DNA from: Tubiluchus corallicola
Taxonomy: Eukaryota; Animalia; Priapulida
Length of the DNA: 64,000 nt
Reading direction: 5' to 3'
Assembly: GCA_030141605.1 (NCBI GenBank)
Contig: JAQGDQ010001071.1
Span: forward strand, 1,135 to 65,134
Position numbers and translations under genes: made by a program. Below are positions 39,664 to 51,707 of this stretch, in pieces. Positions within the stretch are counted from its first letter, which is position 1, and each line of letters opens with the position of its first letter. The notes under the pieces were generated by a model, which saw nothing but the letters and a program-made list of their open reading frames with translations, was not told where the DNA came from and ran no database searches.

Positions 39664-40296
39664 GTCTATATAAACTGGTTGTATGTTTGTAAATATTTAC
39701 CACTGATGATGACATCAGTTGCTCTGACGAAACGTTTGGTATGATTTTTTAACTATGTAAATTAAAAGTTGAAGTACAAATTTGTTTCATGTTTTGTGGC
39801 TTATATGATAGCTTATTTTTAGAGAACACAAAGCAATAGGGTCAGTAGGTTATACAGCATTATATTTTTGTATCCGTTGTGCTGTGATGGATTACAGTTT
39901 TGGTTTTGCGGATTATTTCTTACTCATCAGGTTCAGTAAAAGTTTGTGTGAGTGTAAAAATTTTGTAGCAAGTTTTTGCGGTAATCTCACATATTTATTG
40001 ATAGACTTGTGATGCAGATGAAACTATCTTGTTTACATGTATCCACTGCTATATTTATGCTAGCCGATTGATAATGATGTTGATGATTAATAACAACGTT
40101 GTAATATTAGTGATAAGAATTGTTGTATAATTATTGTATAGTTTAACACGTTTTTAATAGAATAGTGGGAATTTGTTATAGTTCTTATAAGAGGCAATAT
40201 TTTTAACTTGAGTACGGAGTAAAGCTTAACGTATTTATTCGTTTTAGGGTCCGAGCCCTTATTTTTTCACCCAAACCAATTACCGAGTCCTGAGAC

Positions 40297-40378
40297 GGGG
40301 GAGCGTAGGTCGGTAGCAGAGTGCTTGCTTCCCAGCCCGGTGGTCGCGGGTTCAACTTCCGACCAACTCATACCTCAA
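40297..40378 (+). mobile_element. Degenerate tRNA-like SINE head
   Basis: gtaggtcggtagcagagtgcttgcttccc...ggtcgcgggttcaacttcc (A/B-box-like). Confidence 0.5.
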
Positions 40379-40404
40379 GAAGTAACTCACAAGCGTGTTC
40401 AGAC

Positions 40405-40936
40405 TAGAGAGCGAGACTTGCTGCGAGTTACTCTCTAGAGAGCAAGATTTGCTGTGAATTACTCTCTAAAGAGTGAGACTTGCTGCGAGTTACTCTCTAG
40501 AGAGTGGGATTTGCTGCGAGTTACTCTCTAGAGAGTGAGACTTGCTGTGAGTTACTCTCTAGAGAGCAAGATTTGCTGTGAATTACTCTCTAGAGCGAGA
40601 CTTGCTGTGAGTTACTCACTAGAGAGCAAGATTTGCTGTGAATTACTCTCTAGAGCGAGACTTGCTGTGAGTTACTCTCTAGAGCGAGACTTGCTGTGAG
40701 TTACTCTCTAGAGAGCGAGACTTGCTGTGAGTTACTCTCAGTGAGCGAGACTTGCTGTGAGTTACTCTCTAGAGAGCGAGACTTGCTGTGAGTTACTCTC
40801 TAGAGAGCGAGACTTGCTGTGAGTTACTCTCTAGAGAGCGGGACTTGCTGTGAGTTACTCTCTAGAGAGCGAGAGTTGCTGTGAGTTACTCTCTAGAGAG
40901 CAAGACTTGCTGTGAGTTACTCTCAGTGAGCGTGAG
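40405..40936. repeat. ~31-33-bp minisatellite, ~16 copies
   Basis: tagagagcgagacttgctgtgagttactctc. Confidence 0.93.
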
Positions 40937-41554
40937 ACATACAGTTCTCTGTTCACAGCAAGAAGAACTCGTTGAGGCGTCCACACTAGACAGAAAACTT
41001 GCTAGTCTAACAGTCAGGCACTTTGCTATGCTTAATAGTTACTTTCAAGACTTCGATACATCATCTATACTTATGCTTTCATTATGGTTCCGCGGGCGCT
41101 CATATGGACCGCCCATGATTAAGCAGCTCGGTACTAAAATGAATAAATACGGTAAAGTAGCTACTTAGACGGTAGCTAATAATATGATGAACACTTTTGT
41201 ATGTAAAACGGATTTTTCTTAAATGTGCTTTTGATTTTGTTGAATTGTGTACCAGTTTTTTTTACTGTTTTTACCTTTCAGTCCAGTTTTTAATACACGT
41301 GTGACAGGAATTTCTAAACCATCGTCTCCAAAGAATATGATATTAACACTGTTACATTTAAGACAACAACTTATCTACATATGTTTATAGACTCAATCTA
41401 CAGCGGCCCCATTTTTAATTTGTAATAATTTATCTTATCTTCATTATTTAACAGCAGTAGAGAATACGTGGTGCTATCAACATGCAGTGAAACCTCAAAA
41501 CGTTGGCATTATGGCAAGTTTGGCATTATAAGCAGGTCGAATAATACCTGTATG

Positions 41555-42062
41555 CAGGGATGAGAATGACAAATATCAAAAAACTCTGAAACAGGCCGGG
41601 GGTTTGGGGGCCGCGTAAGCCCCCATGGGAGTTCAAGGGGGCGAAGCAACAAAATGCAATTTTGTGACCATAGAGAGCCTCTAAGTGGACTTAAAATATC
41701 AATTACCTTGTTTCATGCATAATTTAAAATACCCAAGTATCAAGGATACATGATACCTAATTGTCTCAAAAACACCTAAGTACTGGCCGCTCCTATGCAA
41801 AAGTATATAAAAACTGTCTGCAATTGACTCAAATAACTCCGCACAATTGAATATATATTTCTATACATAGAGATATACACGTGGTTACACTGATGTACGT
41901 GATGTAAACAAAGTGACGGCCTGCCAACTAGCGATCAGCTTGTGAAATAATGTACTGGTCCGTAAAAATGTTCTCAACGAATTTATGTGATTTTCAAAAA
42001 TGACACTATTGGTCTTCCAAAACCTTGGAATTCCGCGTATCCGTGGAAAATTCTCATCCCTG
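41555..42062 (+). mobile_element. MITE family C (TIR cagggatgagaat), copy 1, nested in a Tc1/mariner-like MITE at 41485-42130
   Basis: 13-bp TIRs; highly similar to 54292-54785; host TIRs cagtgaaacctc / gaggtttgactg. Confidence 0.78.
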
Positions 42063-43300
42063 CAGATGCCAACGGCAAATATAGGTACTTTGTTTTGCTA
42101 AAAATTTGGAATCATGACGAGGTTTGACTGTATTCTCATTAGGTATTTTCGCAGTTCCAGCGATTGATGATGATCGCGAAAAGGTCAAAGGTTAGGTGTA
42201 CCAGACAGTGCATTTGTGTACCCTTGACAATGCCTCGCAGTCCCATGCTATTGTAATACATGTAGTAACAGCTAGCTAGAACCTTTACCTAGTTCATTTT
42301 TCTTATCCTCGGGCAAGGTTTTGCCAGTAAATCACTCTAATTAATGCATAATTAAGTAAAGTCCATGCAAAACAACTGAAGTTTGGTAAACTGATGTGGC
42401 AGACGGCCTTGCTTTACCCACGTGTCACGTGACGGTTGTAATTAAAATGCGCTGCTGCGGTACACTTAACCTTTGACCTACAGCAACTGCGCATGCGTCT
42501 AACGAAACTGGGAAAAAGCTTATTGCATAGATTAGTGGATTGTCGATAGTAAGACCTCAGTTGCAAGTGATGGAAAATTGTTACTAGTAACATTTTTATA
42601 GATCAGTAAACCCAGATTTATTAACACCAGCAGGTTATGGTTGTAGATTAGTAGAACTACCTGTTATAAATGCCGTGTTGTGTTACAGATATTTGTACAT
42701 CTGTTGATATTGTAGTCAAAGCGTTTAATTTTTGCATACGTGTACAGATACGTTGTTGTTGTTGTTAAAAAGAAAGCATTTTAGTTTTGCATATTTGTGT
42801 AGAATAGCGGTTATTTTTATTGCGAATGGGAAATGTAGGGAAAATGTGCTACACGATGAATGAAGGTAAGGCTCGGTTGTAAGCTGTCTTTTGCAAGTAA
42901 TTCATAATTTATTGTCTGTTATTACAACTATGGTGCACGCATGCCACGAGCAAACAGCGCAGTGTAGAAATGTGAAGCAGTTAGTGGAAGTTTAGTGGAT
43001 AAAATATGCAGCTGACAAGTGTAGTGCAGGTCAAAATACAGGTGCAGATTTTGAAAACATGGAGAGGATGGAGCCAGACGTTGAAACGTTGGGAGTTTCA
43101 AGGCTGGCAGTGAGTTCCATTGTGAGACTGTTTCATAGAAAATGAAGCCCGAAGGTAGTTTGTGCTCAAGGTAATCATAAAATCTATTTTGGATTGATAG
43201 AATTTTGTGAAGAGTGAAAGTCAAACTATTTGAGTTGTCTCAGTACATTAATCGCTATAATGAATGCAATTCACTGTAATGCCTCTGTTTTATTGCACAA

Positions 43301-43781
43301 AGTGGCGTTTACGTAGCATCCGGAATGCGTGTGCATTTTTGGGAAATAGATAAAAGGGTTTATATTGTTTTCAATTCACTTGTTTATATTGTTTTCAATT
43401 CACTTGTTTATATTGTTTTCAATTCACTTGTTTATACTGTTTTCAATTCACTTGTTTATATTGTTTTCAATTCACTCGTTTATATTGTTTTCATTTCACT
43501 CGTTTATATTGTTTTCAATTCACTCGTTTTTATTGTTTCCAATTCACTCGTTTATATTGTTTTCAATTCACTCGTTTATATTGTTTTCAATTCACTCGTT
43601 TATATTGTTTTCAATTCACTCGTTTATATTGTTTTCAATTCACTTGTTCATACTGTTTTCAAAGCAGCTGTTTACATAACCTGCTTTATGTGTTATTTTC
43701 TGCAGGTATTTCCTATCGATTTTGATACACAGCTATTTCACAGAATGCACAATGCATTCCGGATGTTAGACAAACGCCACT
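43301..43781. mobile_element. MITE (PIF/Harbinger-like) enclosing a 24-bp minisatellite
   Basis: ~40-bp imperfect TIRs agtggcgttt...catccggaatgc.tgtgcatt; flanked by caa / taa. Confidence 0.7.
43358..43662. repeat. 24-bp minisatellite, ~12 copies
   Basis: gtttatattgttttcaattcact(t/c). Confidence 0.95.
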
Positions 43782-44109
43782 TAACACTTGCCGCTTCTAG
43801 TTTATTGATTAAGGATTTTATATCTAGAACTCTTGCAGTAACACTTTCTTACGTGGTTGGAGTTACTGATGTATACGTTTGTTAATCAAACTACGAATTT
43901 TGTTATAAATTAAACCTCTCATTGTTCGGACATGTTAATTGCCGATGTGCAAACTAGGAGGTAAGGTTTGTGTTTGTTTTCTGTAATGAAGCCATGGAAA
44001 ATTATGTTTTGCTTACAAGTTTGTTAGCGGGTTAGAGCCTCGAGATAGTCTGTATAAACGAAATATATACTCGGCACAGGAGTTGTATGATGTTAGTTAC
44101 TTAATAAGT

Positions 44110-44421
44110 TGGGGTGAGCATTTTCCACCAGAAAGCAAATTCGAATCGAATTTGTGAGCTTCGAGCTCGAATCAGACCAAATTTCAGCACTTTCGAATTC
44201 AAATTTAGTTTTGGGAGATTTACAAATAAAAAGAGGACTCGCACAAAGATCTTGCACATTGCTCGATATTCTTCTGCAGTGAAAACGATGACGACTAGTT
44301 TAAAATTCTGCAACACAAATTGCAGCTAAATTGTGTGGATTGTATGAGATTACGTTCAAATGGAAGTCTGAATTAAAAAAAAACTTGTTCGAATCGAATT
44401 CGACTGTTCGATGCTCACCAT
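44110..44421 (+). mobile_element. MITE family B, copy 3
   Basis: tggggtgagcat ... gatgctcacca. Confidence 0.72.
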
Positions 44422-44756
44422 GCTTAGAGCAAAAGTTAATGAAATGAGTGAAATTTTTGGTACTACTGTTATTTTTCGTGTATATTATTTTATACGCAGG
44501 TTTAGGACGTTCACCACATAGCGATTATACATACGTGCCATAACGTTTGTAACGTTTTGTCGAAGGTTTTGTAAATATATTATATATTTATAGTCTATAA
44601 TAAATCCTCTAACTAAGACTTACTATAACCTAAAGTACCGAGTACTGCAGTAGTTGTTTTTGTTGACTATAACTTTATGCAAGTTGTTCCCCAGGGAAAA
44701 CTGGAATAAAAATGAATAAATTTCTAAACACTTGTTGGCGTCTGGCTATGAACACA

Positions 44757-45250
44757 TCCCTGAAGTAGTTCCCAGTGTAATATGACGGCCGGGAAGAACT
44801 GCTCTTGCAAAATCGTTACATTTATTTTCCCTGAAGTAGTTCCCAGTGTAATATGACGGCCGGGAAGAACTGCTCTTGCAAAATCGTTACATTTATTTTC
44901 CATGAATTCCCAGTGTAATATGACGGCCGGGAAGAACTACTCTTGCAAAATCGTTACATTTATTTTCCATGAAGTAGTTCCCAGTGTAATATGACGGCCG
45001 GGAAGAACTGCTCGTGCAAAATCGTTACATTTATTTTCCCTGAAGTAGTTCCCAGTGTAATATGACGGCCGGGAAGAACTGCTCTTGCAAAATCGTTACA
45101 TTTATTTTCCCTGAAGTAGTTCCCAGTGTAATATGACGGCCGGGAAGAACTGCTCTTGCAAAATCGTTACATTTATTTTCCCTGAAGTAGTTCCCAGTGT
45201 AATATGACGGCCGGGAAGAACTGCTCTTGCAAAATCGTTACATTTATTTT
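44757..45250. repeat. 71-bp minisatellite, 7 copies, each with AATAAA on the minus strand
   Basis: tgaagtagttcccagtgtaatatgacggccgggaagaactgctcttgcaaaatcgttacatttattttccc. Confidence 0.95.
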
Positions 45251-45423
45251 ATCACATAATTTATGCGCGTTTATAATTAGACGAACAAACTTTGTTGCAC
45301 TTGTCAGAATGCTTATTTACAAATTCGCTGTTGGTTGCGAGGAGTCGCAGCTTCCGCTGTCGACGAACGGATTATCCTCATCCGAACACGTTAACCGGCA
45401 ATCATTCGCAACATCCGCGGACG

Positions 45424-45444
45424 TCATTGCAAATGTTTCGGCAC
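45424..45444 (-). CDS. RSRC1: RSRC1-like terminal coding exon (VPKHLQ-stop)
   Basis: tgtttttatgcag acceptor, phase 0, TGA stop, AATAAA about 180 nt downstream. Too short for homology support. Confidence 0.6.
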   Translation of the reverse strand: MPKHLQ

Positions 45445-48400
45445 CTGCATAAAAACAATTTCATTTAATGTGGCAGGTGAACATTTGAATTTTTGGTGGA
45501 AACGTACCTCGGGAGCATGCATTTGTTTATTAACTCCTTTAGGACCGCACCAAACCTATGCACAGACATAACTAAATGATTAAAATATAGGTACTGTGCT
45601 GGTCAGGAGAATATCAGCTATCCAATCGTGCTATTTGTTTAAACATTTATAAACGATTTAACTAGATAATTTAAAAAAAGCCCTCTTCAGGCACTCCAAT
45701 TTAGCCTATTGAGTAGTTTAGTCTGGTATACACTTGCGTGATCATACACGCTATTTTACTGATCGCCTGCTTGCTACAGTCCAAGAGAACGGGCTGATGT
45801 ACAGAGTTCCAGGAAAAACCAACCGATCAATCAAGAATAAATTAAGCTCGTCTCAAATTCCAACAGGAATTTCTGCTTAAAAATAGAGTAGACTTGAGAC
45901 CAAAGTGTATCAGAGTGTTATGTCTGGATAGTTGAAATTTTCTGCATTAATTGATTTCACACAAGTGACACTGTACATTGTTACAGTGCAAACATTGGAG
46001 TTACTGAAACCTTTTTTCAATTTATTCGTCAATAATAAATTTTTAATTTGTTTGATTTAAGCAAGTGCATTTCATATAATTTTGCATGTAAATCCATTCT
46101 GTGAGGAGTAGAAACCTACAAAAATTAACAAATGTAATCCCTGCTTAGTGAGAGCAGTTTTTCACGAAGCCGTGCAAAATGCAGCAAATGCTGACGGTAC
46201 TGAAGGACTCAAAAAATTTCTTTACCGTCGCTGGCTGTAATGATAATACTAGGTGGTGCAGAAAAAATGTGCCGAACTTTAGAACTAATATTAGAAGCAA
46301 CTGCCCTCGAAAGTTGAGATTTCACAGGATGATATGACAGCACACTTTTCTTTTACCTGTACCAGTTATTAGTTTATAGTTTTAGTGGTTTTTAAGTTCT
46401 GATCGGAGAACTTCTGCATTATTAGACAATTAAGTGCCGGGCTTAATCCTCTGGATAACTGTGCCTGGAATTCCCTTGAAGCAAAACCTGACCCAATCTT
46501 AAACTGCAGGTCAAAATATAAAAATGAAATATACTATTTTTCAAAAATGACTTACGTGAAAGAATCATTACCACACAAACACAATTTCACATTCGCAGCC
46601 ACTAGTTCTTTGCTGTTACGTGCATTTCGCCCTTTGCTAGTTAGACGGACACTAGCGCCTGCATTTAGGAAACGCATTGCACAAAAAACAAATGCTGTTC
46701 CTGTCAGTTCAGATGTGTTTGTTTGTGATGAACTACACACGTTCGAGAGCACAGTGGTAAATTTGAAATTTTATGTAAAACTTGTTTAGTTTTAGTACAC
46801 TGAATATCTTACAATACCATTTTCTCTTTCGCAAACACGCTCGTGTAATATTTTTGCGGTTGAAAATTACGTTAGTTTGTGATGTTATGAATAGTTGGGT
46901 TCACCCACCATTAATTAAGATTTTAAACTATTATTTAATAATCACAAATTGGCAGTATTAACTCTGTTAAAATATATACCTTTTATCTGACTTGAAAATG
47001 AGGCAGTATAAGAAAAATCATCCCGTGTTCCTTTAAACGAACTTAACAGCATAGTCCGAGACCTTGAACTGATAAATTTGATAACTACTCACGGTTAGTT
47101 TTCCTTCTCGCAACAGCTTCCTCTTCCTCAACTCTTGCAGTTTCTTCAACCACTGTGCTTCCCTTTCCTTCTCGTTCCCGAAAAGCTAAAAATAAAACCA
47201 GAACAAACAATAAACGTCTCGCGTATTTAGACGGTGATAATCTTTCACTTTGTATAAACTCCCAACTACACTGCCTGCTGACGAATGCATGTTTTTGCAT
47301 AGATGAAATCAGACTTTTGCACAGGTGAAATCAGACTTTTGCATAGGTGAAATCAGACTTTTGCACAGGTGAAATCAGACTATTGCATAGGTGAAATCAG
47401 ACTTTTGCACAGGTGAAATCAGACTATTGCATAGGTGAAATCAGACTTGCATAGGTGAAATCAGACTTTTGCATAGGTGAAATCAGACAATGTAATATCC
47501 GCTTAAAGGAAGACCGGACGATTGTTTAGACTCAATCTACAATTTACTGTCCAAAATATACATTTTCTTGCCTATAAAAGTTAACAATTGTTCTTTATAT
47601 TTCAATAATTAGCTTAGAAAGCTAATTAACGGCAACCGAACACAGCTATTGCTTACATCAGAAACTAACCACAGTTTGTGCAATGGCAGGCATCTTCAAT
47701 TGCACGTCAAGCACATTTGCATAGGTGTTACAGTACTGTTTAAATGCATGATGTCACGAAAAATGGGCTCTACGTCATATGATGTCAGAAACTAACAATG
47801 CAATTCATGATCATGAATACATGAACTTACACTTTCATGAGCAATAGCATGGATATCTTGCAAGTCTAACGTCGATGGCGGCAACTTGCTCCTCGCCGAC
47901 AACTCAGCATTTTGGAGTGCCGGCATCTGCTGGGAAGCCGTTCCGAACATGGCTTTGTCGTGACTGTTCTCTGTCGTCATGTATGCGAAGTCCCCCGATG
48001 CCTGATTCCCTTTCTTCGCTTTTTCTTTCTTCTTTAGAAAAGTAACATTTTAATGAGTGTTACAAAAAAAAGATTTTATTCTAGCAAACTAAGCAAACTA
48101 GTTCCACCCAATAATGGAAGAAGCATTGTTAAGGTACATACCATCTACGAATACCCAATTGGTACAATGTGAAAAATACTGATGAATTGAAGAAAGAGTT
48201 TAACCTATAAGCTAACTAGGGTAATGATAATCTCTCTCTCTCTCTCTCTTACTCTCTTTCTTTTTTCTCCCTCTCCCTCTCCCTCTCTCTCTCTCTTGAT
48301 TGTAGCCTCTTACATACATTTTGCCCTGCATTAACCGAATTACAGTTTAGTTGCCAATTTTATAGACACATAGATGTCGCATTTCACTACTGCAGAAACA

Positions 48401-51400
48401 AATACCAAAAATTGTTAGAATCATTAGAACTGGGGTTCCCACAGAATTTTAAAATAAATTTCCTTGACTTTTCCCTGACCAAATATTGATTTTCCATGAC
48501 CCAAGATAAGCATTTTTATGTTTTGACATTCATACATATACTGATATGTGTCGGCCAACCATTATTTTTGGAATAGAAATTGAAACTGGGAACCTGCCAT
48601 AGTAAAATTTTATTTGAATGCGAATCGCTGAAAAATATATTTGGAAAGGTATCTGTTTAAAGTGATTATTTTTGCAACCCTTTCCAATTTCCCTGACTTT
48701 TCACCCCATTTTCATCATTTTGCCTAACTTTTTACCAAATTATCTTTTCCCCCCGACTTTCCATGACTTTGCAGGATAACCTGTATTTTCAAGGATTTTT
48801 CCCGTGGGAACCCCGTAGAGTGTACCAAGTGTACTACCTGTGTGATTCCTCTGCCGGACAGAAACGCACCGGGCACAAAATCACCCTTATCTATGTCATT
48901 GATGGCCAGTCTCCGTTTCAGTTCCTCTTCTGCCGAGAGACCAAGGTCAACTGGTGGAAGAGGAAGTCCTGAAGATGCAAAATTTTTTTCAAAAATAATT
49001 AGAATAACGGTTTACGATTATATAAAGAAATAATCCTTCATTATACGCTGGACTGAATGAACACTCATACTGTGATACTTCACATCAGAGAATCTTGACA
49101 TTACTTCACAAAATTAACAAATATTACTGTAATTTATTTTATTGTATGTGAAATTAAGTTAAAATTTATATTTTACCGGTAAATAAACTAGCGACGTAGC
49201 ACTCAATCAGAACATGGAAATAGCCAATGTTGTGCAGGTGCTGCCGCCTGTTGGCTGCTGCGGGAAGTTTTACACTGACCTTGTATATGCGTGTTTTGTT
49301 GGCAAAATATCGATTACCAGCATACACGCGTATATAAAACACAAACTACGATATAAAACACAACTACGCAGAGACATTAATTTTAATAATTTTTTTCTTC
49401 AAATGGGAAGGTGATGAAGCACAAGATTTAACTGCGTCATTGAAAAATTAATACTGTTTACTAAAGTCAAAGTTTATGGTCGACTTGTACACAGGTAATA
49501 CACAATTTCTGGTCTTAAAATGCACATGGACTTGTACATAAGGTTGACCTGTACACAGGTCTTGTAAGGTAATTTAATTAACCTACCTGCACACAGGTAC
49601 AAATAAGGTGATCTAATTAACCTACCTGTACACAGGTATACAAGGTAATTTAATTAACCTACCTGTACACAGGTATATAAGGAAATTTAGTTAACCTACC
49701 TGTACACAGGTATATAAGGTAATTTAGTTAACCTACCTGTACACAGGTATACAAGGTAATTTAATTAACCTACCTGTACACAGGCATATAAGGTAATTTA
49801 ATTAACCTACCTGTACACACGTATATAAGGTAATTTAATTAACCTACCTGTACACAGGTATATAAGGTAATTTAATTAACCTACCTGTACACAGGTATAT
49901 AAGGTAATTTAATTAACCTAATTGTAAAAAAGGTATATAAGGTAATTTAATTAACCTACCTGTACACAGGCATATAAGGTAATTTAATTAACCTACCTGT
50001 ATGCAGGCATATAAGGTAATTTAATTAACCTACCTGTTTTACTCTTCAGCGATACATCAGCAGCAGCTAAAACAGAATTAAAAACACATCAGTGATGCAC
50101 ATTATGAGCAATCGAGGAATGTTACGATTTTTTATTTTGATGAATCAAATAAATCAACTAAAAATAAATTACACGAATTTCACTTAATAACATTACATAA
50201 CTGTCTAATATTAGCCTATTTAACTTACAGTTGTATTCAATGGGGGAAAACACATCCAACAAACTTAAAATTACTTAGCCAGACACCAGCGTAAGTTTTT
50301 GAGAATCACTTATAATTTAGCAAAACAAGCCCCAATTAAACCTATACTTTTTCATAACTGTGGAATTTTAAATTCAGATGACTTGGTTTCTTACCACATT
50401 GCTATCTACCTGTACAAAACACACCACAGTTTATTACCCCCGTCGTACGTAATCACCAACATCACTTCACTAGATTTAATGAATATTATATTCAATTTTG
50501 CAGGACCAATGTCAACAGAAACTTTTGAAAATTTACTGCTCTAAATCTATGAAATGAAATATCAATTTATGTCACGACACATCGAAAATTATTTGGCTCT
50601 AAGAGATATATGAAATCTCTTCTGCTCAAATCTTACTTATAATGCATTTTTGGGTTTTGCCGTGAAGTGCGATAGTTACAGTACATCATGCGACTAGTTA
50701 CATTACAGTTTATATTTTCATACGTTTGCATCGCGTCTCTGCTGAACCTCTTTCTATTTCATTCCTCTTCTCTTTTTCTCTATCTTTGTCTATTATTTTC
50801 TTAACTACTCCATGTTTTTCTATATTTCTCTCTCTTGTAAAATAAGTAGTTTTTTTTCTTTACTTTTCATGGTGGTACAGAGATATGTAATATCTGTATA
50901 CATTCTACATTATAGTATGTTACTATTATACCATACTGCAATATTATACCAATAGCATTCTGCACTATTCTATATGCTACACAATTTTACAGTGTACACA
51001 TATTACAGCTAAATCGAATATTCTACAATGTACTTTTTACTAGATACATTAAAAAGTATACGTTATAACTAAGATGGTCTTACAAGCTTTGCTTCTTGAC
51101 CACCATGCAGCATATATATTTCCTGTTGATAAACTATTATGTAGTTATTAACTATATTAATATAGTTCTTTTACAGTTATTGTAATTACAATTGTTTTGA
51201 TGTATAACAGTTACAATGTGACAATGTAATAACGCTGAAGTGGACAATAAATTACAATTACAATTACAAATAAGTTTTCAGTCACTCAGAAGTCATTAGA
51301 TGTCGGATGCAGGATGTACTGAGAGTACATGCCAATAAAAACACATCTTGAAAGAGCAAGTTCGTCACAAGAAACTCGGAGAAAATTGCTTTCAAAATTT

Positions 51401-51671
51401 ATATCATTCACATATAATTTCATTGTACGGTGAATTCTATTTCAGGTAGAACTATGTAAAACTAGAGAAGTGAAATTATCATGCCAGTCCACTAGAAACA
51501 GCCGATTTAATGACAGTTAAGAACTTGAAACAGCAGTTGCAGCAGCAGTAGTAGCAGCAGCAGCAGTGGTAACAGCAGTAGCAGCAGCAGCAGCAGTATC
51601 AGTAGCAGCAGCAGCACCAGTAGCAGCAGCAACAGTGGTAACAGCAGTAGTAGTAGCAGTAGCAGTAGTAA

Positions 51672-51707
<36 letters not shown>

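Noticed and set aside
45316-45444. Longer reading (AETFAMTSADVAND...ANL-stop) of the last RSRC1-like exon
   Set aside because: It needs a phase-1 donor, but the preceding exon ends in phase 0, giving VPKHLQ-stop.
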